From Vampirovibrionaceae bacterium NZW_1234 (lineage in GTDB: Bacteria > Cyanobacteriota > Vampirovibrionia > Vampirovibrionales > JAGQHJ01): DNA of 64,000 nucleotides. The number at the start of each line of letters is the position of its first letter. Position 1 is the first letter of the stretch. The DNA lies in NCBI GenBank assembly GCA_041697335.1, contig JBGUGD010000035.1, positions 96,001 to 160,000 on the forward strand. The letters are read 5' to 3'. The notes under the pieces are model-generated. The model worked only from the letters and a program-made list of their open reading frames with translations, was not told the origin of the DNA and searched no databases. Made by a program: the position numbers and the translations under genes. Below are positions 55,957-64,000 of the stretch, piece after piece.

Positions 55957-57393
55957 ATGATGGCACGTCAACGCATTGGTATTGTTCTTGCCGCAGGAAA
56001 AGGAACTCGCCTCAAGAGTGACTTACCCAAGGTCCTTCACCCCGTTCTTGGGAAACCAATGATTCAAAGGGTGCTAGAGAGTCTGGTCCCGTTGAAGCTA
56101 GACTATGTTTTCATTATCATCGGGCATCAGGCTGAACAGGTGCAAACGGTGGTGAGCAACCTGGGGCTGCCTTATCGGTTACACTTTGTGGTTCAGGAGC
56201 CCCAACTGGGAACCGGCCATGCGGTGCAGCAGGTCTTGCCATTTCTACCTCTCGACACCGCAGCGGATGTGTTGGTAACTTGTGGAGACATGCCCCTGGT
56301 ACCAAGCTGTCAGTATGTCTCACTTTGGGAATCTTATGAAACTAAAAAAGCCACTGCAATGCTCGTGACTGTCGCAATGCCCAATCCGTTTGGTTATGGG
56401 CGCGTTCTTTTCACTGAGAATCGATTTACCCGCATTGTAGAAGAAAAAGATGCCACTGCCGAGGAAAGACAGGTCCCATGGATTAATGCCGGTATTTACC
56501 TTGCCGACTGGCAGGCTTTTGCGCCGCAGCTCGCTTCGCTTCAGGCTGAAAATGCGCAAAAAGAATTTTATCTGACCGATGTTCTTGGCTTTTTAGCTCA
56601 AGATCCTAAAAACACGGTCTTGGCAGAACAATGGCTCAACCCTGATGAAGTCTTGGGGATTAATAGCCGTCACCAGCTGGCCCAGGCAGAGCGACTCCTA
56701 TCCACCTGGACAGCAAACCGGTTAATGGACGAGGGTGTGAGCCTGATTCATCCTGATAGCATGACCCTGGCTCCAGAAGTCGTTATTGGTCGGGATACGG
56801 TTCTTCACCCTGGGTGCTATCTATTGGGAGATATCCACATTGGCAGCCACTGCGAAATTGGCCCCCAGACCACCATGCGAGGCGTTATCCGAATCGCCGA
56901 TCATTGTCGTGTTGTCTGCTCCTACCTGGATAGAGCGGTTAGCATTGGCGCTAATAGCTATATTGGGCCCTATGCCCATCTAAGAGACAATACCATTGTC
57001 GGTGAACAAGTCCGGCTGGGCAATTTTGTCGAAGTTAAGGAAACTCGCATCGGCTCACGTTCCAATGCTGCCCACCTAAGCTATCTTGGGGATGCAGAGA
57101 TTGGAGACGACGTTAATATGGGCGCTGGATCCATCATTGCCAACTACGATCCTATCCGAGACCTTAAACACCGGACCACTATTGAGGATGGGGTCAAAGT
57201 TGGATGCAACAGTGTCTTGGTATCGCCAGTTACGGTTCAGGAACGCTCGTGTGTTGCCGCAGGCTCTGTCATTACCCAAACCGTTGCTCCATGGGATTTG
57301 GCCATTGCCCGGGCACGCCAAACCGCCCTGCCCCATTGGGTTAAAATGACGTTGGAAAAATCCGAATCTACAACCCCAAGCCCATCAACCTAG
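55957..57393 (+). CDS. glmU: Bifunctional GlcNAc-1-P uridyltransferase / acetyltransferase
   Basis: LAAGKGTRLKS..PKVLH, QLGTGHAV, EFYLTD, GNFVEVK, HLSYLGDA. Confidence 0.95.
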   Translation: MMARQRIGIVLAAGKGTRLKSDLPKVLHPVLGKPMIQRVLESLVPLKLDYVFIIIGHQAEQVQTVVSNLGLPYRLHFVVQEPQLGTGHAVQQVLPFLPLDTAADVLVTCGDMPLVPSCQYVSLWESYETKKATAMLVTVAMPNPFGYGRVLFTENRFTRIVEEKDATAEERQVPWINAGIYLADWQAFAPQLASLQAENAQKEFYLTDVLGFLAQDPKNTVLAEQWLNPDEVLGINSRHQLAQAERLLSTWTANRLMDEGVSLIHPDSMTLAPEVVIGRDTVLHPGCYLLGDIHIGSHCEIGPQTTMRGVIRIADHCRVVCSYLDRAVSIGANSYIGPYAHLRDNTIVGEQVRLGNFVEVKETRIGSRSNAAHLSYLGDAEIGDDVNMGAGSIIANYDPIRDLKHRTTIEDGVKVGCNSVLVSPVTVQERSCVAAGSVITQTVAPWDLAIARARQTALPHWVKMTLEKSESTTPSPST

Positions 57394-57410
57394 GCAATTC
57401 CTTGATTATC

Positions 57411-57692
57411 TTAAAAGCGCTGATCCAAGCGATGCTCAACTGCGTGTAACAGCGTTGTGTATACTCGCCGCTCCGCAAAACGCATACCAAACTCTCGCAT
57501 CAGGCTAAAGGCAATTTTTGTGCGTCGATCGAGTAGAGCTCGACGATGTTTGGGATTCAACGTGGTTATTGCCCCTTGAAATGCAGGATGATGGCTCCGC
57601 TTGTTTAATGAGGACTCCATCAGCCATCGCATCAGCGGTTTACGCTTCAAGGGTGGAAACTGTTGGACAATTAAATGGTACGTAGGGTTCAT
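57411..57692 (-). CDS. Small basic hypothetical protein
   Basis: 93-aa ORF filling the gap, with a GGAAG upstream. Confidence 0.55.
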   Translation of the reverse strand: MNPTYHLIVQQFPPLKRKPLMRWLMESSLNKRSHHPAFQGAITTLNPKHRRALLDRRTKIAFSLMREFGMRFAERRVYTTLLHAVEHRLDQRF

Positions 57693-57794
57693 GGCTCGCT
57701 TCCTGGATATCAACTACGAAATCACCGTACAATAGTATTCATTAGGCCGGTGTGATTTTTTGCTCATTCAACAAAAAAAGGACCTTTCGGAAAA

Positions 57795-59135
57795 TTGCGC
57801 TCTTTTGACTTAATTCGTTACAATTTACAGCGAATCTGTCTTCATCGCTCACGATGGCGCCTATTAACGGCAGGTTTTCAGGCTATTTCAGTGGCCCTAC
57901 TTTTGTGTGGGCTCATCCTCAGTGGATGTCAGAGTGATAATTCTCATTCAAAGAAAACGTTGCGCTTTACGATGTGGGGCAGCGCCGAAGAACTCTCGGT
58001 CGTCAAACGTCTGGTTCTGGACTATGAACGACTACATCCCGAGATCCATATTGAACTGATGCATTTTCCGGAAAACTACTTTCAAAAGTTGCATATTTTA
58101 ATTGCTGGAGGCCTAACCCCGGACATTGCTTTTGTGAATAGCTTAAGCTATGCCGTTTACGCAGATAATGATATCTTTATGCCTCTAAATTCTTTTCTAG
58201 AATCCAAGAGGGGTCCCTTAAAACGCAGCGATTTGTTTGAGCCCGCCCTGAAGGCTTTTACTTGGAAACAACAGATTTATGCCATTCCTCGTGATGTGTC
58301 CAACTTGGTAGTGTATTACAACAAAACCCTGTTTCAGCAAGCCCATGTGCCTTTGCCATCCCAACACTGGACTCTCACGGATATGCTGAATGCGGCACAA
58401 AAAATCACAGCATTTCACTCTTCAACCCAGCATAAGATTTTCGGCATTTCCTTTGCCTCCCAGCCACCACTTATGTGGCTTCCTTATGTTTGGAGTCAAG
58501 GTGGCGACCTGTTCGACAAGGGTTTTACAAGGTTTCGCTTAACTGAACCAAGCGGAATCAAGGCACTGCAATTTTATGCAGACCTCCGTAATCGATGGCA
58601 TGTTGCTCCTACTCGAAAAGAGGTGGGCAGTGCCAGTATGAGCCAGCTTTTTATGCAAGGTAAGCTCGCCATGATGGTCAGTGGTCGCTGGAGCGTCCCC
58701 GTGTTTCGCAGCCAAGCCAAGTTTGATTGGGACATTGCGCCTTTCCCAAAAGGCTCGGCAGGCTCCATTGTGGGGATTGACTCTTCCGGCTATGCCATCT
58801 CCAAAACCACTCGATTTCCTCAAGAAGCCTGGTCCTTTATTGCGTTTCTGTCGAGTACTAAGGCCCAGACGGCATTAGCTGAAAGCGGCTTGATTGTGCC
58901 GGCTCGCCAGGATGTCGCTCACTCTCAAGCCTTCCTTCAATCCCCTCCCCAACATAGCAAAACGTTTATTGACATAATCGAGTACGGCAACCCCACCCAT
59001 GTACCCGTGCGCTGGAACGAAATTGCAGAAGAATTGGGGCTGGCACTAGAACCCGTCTTTGAAGGTACCAGAACGGCTGAAGAAGCTTTAAAAAAGGTAC
59101 AACCCAAAATCCAGATATTATTGGAGGAGTCGTAG
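57795..59135 (+). CDS. Sugar ABC transporter substrate-binding lipoprotein
   Basis: LSGC lipobox, YAIPRD..VYYNK.LF, F.QGKLAM. Confidence 0.9.
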   Translation: MRSFDLIRYNLQRICLHRSRWRLLTAGFQAISVALLLCGLILSGCQSDNSHSKKTLRFTMWGSAEELSVVKRLVLDYERLHPEIHIELMHFPENYFQKLHILIAGGLTPDIAFVNSLSYAVYADNDIFMPLNSFLESKRGPLKRSDLFEPALKAFTWKQQIYAIPRDVSNLVVYYNKTLFQQAHVPLPSQHWTLTDMLNAAQKITAFHSSTQHKIFGISFASQPPLMWLPYVWSQGGDLFDKGFTRFRLTEPSGIKALQFYADLRNRWHVAPTRKEVGSASMSQLFMQGKLAMMVSGRWSVPVFRSQAKFDWDIAPFPKGSAGSIVGIDSSGYAISKTTRFPQEAWSFIAFLSSTKAQTALAESGLIVPARQDVAHSQAFLQSPPQHSKTFIDIIEYGNPTHVPVRWNEIAEELGLALEPVFEGTRTAEEALKKVQPKIQILLEES

Positions 59136-59137
59136 AG

Positions 59138-60058
59138 ATGCCGACCTCCACCACAACCCCAACACGTTCACTTATGAAACGTATAGGTCAAACTTGGGGC
59201 TGGCCCGCCCTATTTATCCTCCCATGCTTCATGGGCCTGGGCATTTTTACTTACATCCCAGTCCTTATGTCCTTGGGCCTGAGTTTTTCTTACTGGAACC
59301 TTTTAGGGCAACCCCAGTGGGTCGGTTTTAGCAATTACAGTGCTGTTCTTCAAGATCCTGTTTTTTGGAAAACCTTGCAAAATACGGTTATGTTCGTTTT
59401 AGGCACCGTAAGCCTGGACGTCACCATGGCTCTACTCCTGGCGTTACTCCTGAACCGTGCAATACGAGGTATTGGTGTGTTTCGAACCATCTTCTTTCTG
59501 CCGGTCATTACACCCATGGTTAGCGTTGCATTGGTCTGGGGGTGGTTGTATGACCCCAACTATGGTTGGCTCAATGCCATTCTCCAACTGTTTGGCGTCG
59601 AGCCTATCGCCTGGCTCTATGATAAGCAATGGGCGTTGGGAGCCATCATCTTGCTTCAAGTCTGGAAGGGCATGGGTTACAACATGGTCATCCTGTTAGC
59701 CGGGCTTCAGGGCATTCCCACCCATATATACGAATCGGCTGAACTGGATGGTGCTAATGGTTGGCAACAATTCTGGCGTCTTACCTTGCCAATGCTAAGC
59801 CCAACGTTGTTCTTTGTTGTAACAGTCTCCCTAATTAATGCGTTTCAAGCCTTTGACGCTGTTTATCTTTTAACCGAAGGAGGACCGGAAAACAGCACTC
59901 AGGTTCTAGTATATTGGTTATTCAAGAATGCTTTCCAATTCTATAAAATTGGGCCTGCGTCTGCTATGGCCTACATTCTGTTTATGATTATCCTGACCCT
60001 GACGGTGATCCAGTGGCAGATGAGAAAGCGATGGGTATTGCATGAAGCTGACGACTAA
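59138..60058 (+). CDS. Carbohydrate ABC transporter permease
   Basis: EAA loop YESAELDGANGWQQF..LTLP. Confidence 0.93.
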   Translation: MPTSTTTPTRSLMKRIGQTWGWPALFILPCFMGLGIFTYIPVLMSLGLSFSYWNLLGQPQWVGFSNYSAVLQDPVFWKTLQNTVMFVLGTVSLDVTMALLLALLLNRAIRGIGVFRTIFFLPVITPMVSVALVWGWLYDPNYGWLNAILQLFGVEPIAWLYDKQWALGAIILLQVWKGMGYNMVILLAGLQGIPTHIYESAELDGANGWQQFWRLTLPMLSPTLFFVVTVSLINAFQAFDAVYLLTEGGPENSTQVLVYWLFKNAFQFYKIGPASAMAYILFMIILTLTVIQWQMRKRWVLHEADD

Positions 60059-60866
60059 AACCTTTTGGTGGATCACCTTAACTTGTGGTTCTTTGGCAAT
60101 GGTAGGACCTTTTTGGGTGATGCTATCTACATCTTTGATGACCCAGGATCAAGTGTTTCAGTTTCCACCTGCTTGGTACCCACATCCATTAGTCTGGAGC
60201 AATTACATCAAGGCATTTCAACAGGTCCCCTTATTCTCTTATTTCGTCAATAGCGTTTTTGTGTCCATTTGTACCACGTTGGGGCAATTACTGTTCTCTT
60301 CCATGGCCGCTTATGGATTTTCCCGTTTCTCTTTTCCACATAAAAACCTGTGGTTTATGGCTTTTCTGATTACGATGATGATCCCGCCTCAGGTCAACAT
60401 TGTCCCCTTATTTTTCGTCATGAAAACCTTTCACTGGGTGGATACATATGCCGGGTTGATTGTACCCGGTTTATTTGGAGCTTTTGGTGTCTTTTTACTC
60501 CGCCAATGGTTCAACGGTCTTCCGAAAGAACTGGAAGAAGCAGCCCGTATCGATGGGTGTAACCCTTGGCAGGTTTTTTGGCACGTCGCCCTCCCATTAG
60601 CCAAGCCTGCATTGGTAGCCTTAGCCATATTTGTCTTTATCGCAAGTTGGAACAGCTTTATGTGGCCGTTGATTATTACACAATCGGACACAATGCGGAC
60701 ACTTCCTGTGGGCATTGCATCTTTGAAGAGCAGTTACCGAGATGTAACAGATTGGAGTGTGCTTATGGCCGCCTCAACAATTTCGATTTTACCGATTCTG
60801 GCAGTATTTCTAGCAGGCCAGCGTCAGTTTATTCAAGGCATTTTACAAGGCGGCGTCAAAGAATAG
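60042..60866 (+). CDS. Carbohydrate ABC transporter permease
   Basis: EAA loop ELEEAARIDG, WNSFMWPL. Confidence 0.93.
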   Translation: MKLTTKTFWWITLTCGSLAMVGPFWVMLSTSLMTQDQVFQFPPAWYPHPLVWSNYIKAFQQVPLFSYFVNSVFVSICTTLGQLLFSSMAAYGFSRFSFPHKNLWFMAFLITMMIPPQVNIVPLFFVMKTFHWVDTYAGLIVPGLFGAFGVFLLRQWFNGLPKELEEAARIDGCNPWQVFWHVALPLAKPALVALAIFVFIASWNSFMWPLIITQSDTMRTLPVGIASLKSSYRDVTDWSVLMAASTISILPILAVFLAGQRQFIQGILQGGVKE

Positions 60867-60870
60867 CCCA

Positions 60871-61140
60871 CTAATCCACGAATAATAGAGGATAGCGTCG
60901 CTCCAGGGCCCGAACCATTTCGTAGGACACCCCGGATTCCGTGAGTTCATCACAATGAAATTGAAAAAGGGTCATCAGCGTAAAGGCTTCATCTGGAATA
61001 GCAGACTCTTGGGTTAGTAACCGAGCAACTCGTGCCAAAGCACGACCTCTTGAAAGCGCTTGATGACGTTTAAGGAGACGACGTGCCTTGGCAGCAGGAG
61101 TATGGGGTCTAGGACTGGTTCGTTTTGACATTGCTGCCAC
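60871..61140 (-). CDS. Small hypothetical protein
   Basis: 89 aa; GGAGG RBS upstream of the GTG. Confidence 0.6.
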   Translation of the reverse strand: MAAMSKRTSPRPHTPAAKARRLLKRHQALSRGRALARVARLLTQESAIPDEAFTLMTLFQFHCDELTESGVSYEMVRALERRYPLLFVD

Positions 61141-61465
61141 GGTGCTCTATCCTCCTTCCAAAGCCAAATGCCGATAGACTGGGACTAAAACCTGTGTCTT
61201 CCATGATAGACAAATACGCCCTAGGAACGCAACGCTAAAAACCTGCTACAGACAGTAACACAACGGGCATGCTCCCGAATAGGCTTGCAAGTCAAGGGAC
61301 TGATAAAAATTGTTACCACGCTTGACGGGGATGTTACAAAATCCTGTACCCCTTGCGCTGTAGCTAGTCCGAGCCCAAATTTGGCAGAACACATCCACAG
61401 CAATGAAAGACCCGGTACAATAGCAACTAGAGTCCCGTCACATGACAGAAGGAGAAGCAACTTCC

Positions 61466-61861
61466 ATGGCAAAAGCAATAAACTGGCCCCGGCAATATCG
61501 TGATGAAGTCATGGAGGAACCATCGGATAAACGCTTTGCAGCTTTCCGATTAGGACGCCTTTATTTTGACAACCACTATTGGGTAGCGGGTGAAGAGGTG
61601 GACATTCGTGTGAATCACCGTATTATCAGAAGAGCAACTATTATTGGCGATATGAAATGCTGCTCTATTGAGGATTTAATGCCTGAAGATTATGAAGCAC
61701 AGAAAAGTGATCTAAAAACTCCAGAAGCGGTCATCAGCTTTCTGTCCTCTACCTATGAAAAGCCTGTGACCCCCCAAACCGAAGTCACTGTAGTGTACTA
61801 CCAGAATCATCCCTTAGACCCAGAGATTATGGATACCCAGGATGATCCGCACATGGCCTAA
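61466..61861 (+). CDS. ASCH/PUA-like domain protein
   Basis: FRLG, GEEV.I, IEDL.PED, L...Y...T.QTEVTVV pattern; AAGGAG RBS. Confidence 0.6.
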   Translation: MAKAINWPRQYRDEVMEEPSDKRFAAFRLGRLYFDNHYWVAGEEVDIRVNHRIIRRATIIGDMKCCSIEDLMPEDYEAQKSDLKTPEAVISFLSSTYEKPVTPQTEVTVVYYQNHPLDPEIMDTQDDPHMA

Positions 61862-61877
61862 TTCGATTCTCAGACTC

Positions 61878-61915
61878 AAAAGAAGAGACCCCCGAAGCTG
61901 TTACTTCGAGGGTCT
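61878..61915. terminator. Hairpin between convergent genes
   Basis: AGACCC-CCGAAG / CTTCGA-GGGTCT. Confidence 0.55.
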
Positions 61916-61979
61916 ATCTGTTATTCGGGTTATTGGTCTCTGGCTCCTTGCCTAGCTTTGGAAGCCAAATCAGACACCC

Positions 61980-62174
61980 TCAACGGTTCCTCATTAAGGA
62001 CAGGGCCTGATCGAGTTGTTTGAGTTGTACCGTACTACTTTCTCGGTTGACGGCTTCAATCGACTCTTTCACCGATGCCTTTAAGGAATCTGATGAGTCT
62101 GATGATTCCTTGATGATTTGCTCTTCAGCTGGAGGAAAGGAGGAGAGATGTTGAACGTTGTGTTCCATCATCAT
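61980..62174 (-). CDS. Small hypothetical protein downstream of flagellin
   Basis: 64 aa; GAGGA RBS. Confidence 0.5.
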   Translation of the reverse strand: MMMEHNVQHLSSFPPAEEQIIKESSDSSDSLKASVKESIEAVNRESSTVQLKQLDQALSLMRNR

Positions 62175-62261
62175 TACTACTTCCTCTCAGTTGAAAGCTA
62201 TGCGTCTTCTTGATTTGATTCCTTGAGGTTATTCCCCTGAGAATCAGGCCAAGAATTCGGA

Positions 62262-63104
62262 CTAGCCGATCAACCTGAGGGCAAGGGCAGAGGACTGATT
62301 GGCTTGAGCCAAGATACTGGTGGCTGCACTTTGTAGAATCTGGTTCCGAGCCAACCCAGCTGATTCTTGAGCAATGTCTGCATCACGAATCTGGGACCGG
62401 GAAGCTTCGAAGTTCTGAGAGGTAATCTGCAAGTTGCTGATAGCACTGGCGAACCGGTTTTGGAATGAACCGATGGACGCCCGTTTCGTAGAGACCGCAT
62501 TGATAGCCGTATCTACGGTAGACAGGAATGCCAATGCGCTTGCGTTACTAATAACAGCACCAGCGGATACAACAACACCTAAGGTGGTTGCAGAAGAGTC
62601 ACCCAATGCACCTGCAATGTTCAAGGTGTCTAAGGACTGAACAGCGTTAGCACCCACCTGGATCCGTAAGCTGGAAGGGGTGGCGGTAGACAACAGTTTA
62701 ATACCGTTGAATTCTGCCGAAGAAGCAATCCGGTTGATATCCGATAAACGAGCATCAATCTCTTGCTTAATAGCAGTTCTTTGTGACGAACCATTGGTGT
62801 CACTTGCGGCTTGAACCGTTAACTCTCGAATCCGTTGGAGGTTATCGTTGATAACGCTTAAGCTACCTTCGGCAACCGATAACAGGTTCACACCGTCTTG
62901 GGCATTGCTGACGGCCTGGTTGATACCTCGAATCTGGGAACCCAAGGTTTCGGAAATTTGTAGACCGGCAGCGTTATCCGATGCGCTGTTGATTTTTAAA
63001 CCTGATGCCAAGCGTTCCAAGTTTTTTTGCAACGCATTGGTATTTACACCTAACTGACGCTGAGCGTTAATCGACGCGGTATTGGTATTAACAACAAGTG
63101 CCAT
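62262..63104 (-). CDS. fliC: Flagellin (short, 280 aa)
   Basis: MALVVNTN, ERLASGLKINSASDNAAGL, LQRIREL, SQIRDAD.A, ILAQANQ. Confidence 0.97.
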   Translation of the reverse strand: MALVVNTNTASINAQRQLGVNTNALQKNLERLASGLKINSASDNAAGLQISETLGSQIRGINQAVSNAQDGVNLLSVAEGSLSVINDNLQRIRELTVQAASDTNGSSQRTAIKQEIDARLSDINRIASSAEFNGIKLLSTATPSSLRIQVGANAVQSLDTLNIAGALGDSSATTLGVVVSAGAVISNASALAFLSTVDTAINAVSTKRASIGSFQNRFASAISNLQITSQNFEASRSQIRDADIAQESAGLARNQILQSAATSILAQANQSSALALRLIG

Positions 63105-63360
63105 ATTTTATGTCTCCTTACATCGTTGTTTTTGGTATTCCATCCATAGAAAACCTTTCGGCTTACCGCACGAGCCCAATCTAAAGCAACACTAGGATGA
63201 GTCGTATATCCAGACATCGCTGCCTATACAACTAAAATAGAGCCGTCTTAATTGCGACTTGTTACAGTTCCCGAAAAGAAAATGAGTTGAGTTGCTGTGT
63301 TACCGTTTTCGTCTGAGGAGACAAAACCTAAAGAAAATTTCTTCCGGGAACCCGTTTTTT

Positions 63361-63378
63361 GTTACAAAGTTTTACAGA
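63361..63378 (+). promoter_or_regulatory. HLR1-type direct repeat upstream of flagellin
   Basis: GTTACAAA-GT-TTTACAGA, one mismatch to the consensus. Confidence 0.55.
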
Positions 63379-63384
63379 CAAATC

Positions 63385-63413
63385 AAAAAAGGCCCTCGAA
63401 AGGGCCTTTTTTT
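63385..63413. terminator. Bidirectional intrinsic terminator between the two flagellins
   Basis: A6-GGCCCT-CGAA-AGGGCC-T7. Confidence 0.85.
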
Positions 63414-63439
63414 GAGCTAGGGACAAAGGCGATTAATTC

Positions 63440-64000
63440 TTATCCAATTAATTTCAAGGCCAGGCCAGGGGCTTGGTTGGCCTGCGCTAAAATGCTAGCA
63501 GATGCTTGTTGTAGAATCTGATTCCGAGACAGGTCTGCAGATTCTCTGGCCACGTCCACATTGCGAATGCGGGATTCGGAAGAGCTGAAGTTTTCAGACG
63601 TGACTTGCAAGTTGCTAATCGTACTGAGGAACCGGTTTTGGAAAGAACCGATAGTCGATCTACGACTAGAAACAGCACTTAGCGCAGTATCCACTGTAGC
63701 CAGGAAGGCTAAGGCACTTGAGTTACTGATAACGGCACCAGCTGATGCAATAACGCCAAGGGTAGTTGCTGTAGCATCACCCAATGCACCAGAAATATCT
63801 ACGGTGTCCAGGGATTGTACAGCATTCGCTCCCACTTGAATTCTCAAGCTTGCGGGGGTGCTGGAAGATAACAGCCTGATTCCGTTAAATTCGGTTGATG
63901 CTGCAATCCGGTTAATGTCAGCCAAACGGGCATCAATTTCCTGCTTAATTGCAGTCCGTTGGTTTGTACCGTTCGTGTCGTTTGCCGCTTGAACCGTGAG
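63440..64000 (-). CDS. fliC: Second flagellin, 5' end beyond the window
   Basis: Open frame from the window edge (LTVQAANDTNG...) to ILAQANQAPGLALKLIG; paralog of 62262-63104. Confidence 0.95.
   Translation of the reverse strand, partial: LTVQAANDTNGTNQRTAIKQEIDARLADINRIAASTEFNGIRLLSSSTPASLRIQVGANAVQSLDTVDISGALGDATATTLGVIASAGAVISNSSALAFLATVDTALSAVSSRRSTIGSFQNRFLSTISNLQVTSENFSSSESRIRNVDVARESADLSRNQILQQASASILAQANQAPGLALKLIG

Noticed and set aside
1..64000. tRNA, rRNA, IS or prophage genes
   Set aside because: I recognised no cloverleaf/T-loop signatures, transposase, integrase or phage structural ORFs by eye.

Overview
A gene-dense bacterial chromosome segment with about 60 CDS and no rRNA, tRNA, CRISPR or recognisable mobile element. 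Cyanobacterial-type genes (ldpA next to a Ycf45-like AAA/R3H gene, a plant-type ferredoxin-NADP reductase) sit alongside flagellins, FlgM and futalosine-pathway MqnD, with no photosynthesis genes. I infer a non-photosynthetic cyanobacterial relative (Vampirovibrionia/Melainabacteria). Housekeeping content includes tmk, ribE-ribBA-ribH, MoxR-DUF58-vWA, rlmB, engB, rlmH, pgeF, UDP-sugar genes, recN, tatC, pyrE, rsmG, fabZ-lpxA-glmU and a sugar ABC transporter. The main unexplained signals are: (1) a helically phased array of CGCGTG motifs next to an AT-rich tract at 5.1-5.7 kb; (2) three unrelated orphan proteins sharing an N-terminal [IVL]-R-F-G motif, a candidate lineage-specific export signal; (3) RpaB/HLR1-type direct repeats upstream of flagellin and an orphan gene; (4) a Clp N-domain fused to signal peptidase I; (5) a divergent degenerate-GGDEF / TPR-GAF-HD-GYP pair separated by a strongly structured ~135-nt element and a sigma-28-like promoter; (6) a GC gradient across the window. 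All family assignments come from motif recognition by eye, not from database searches.
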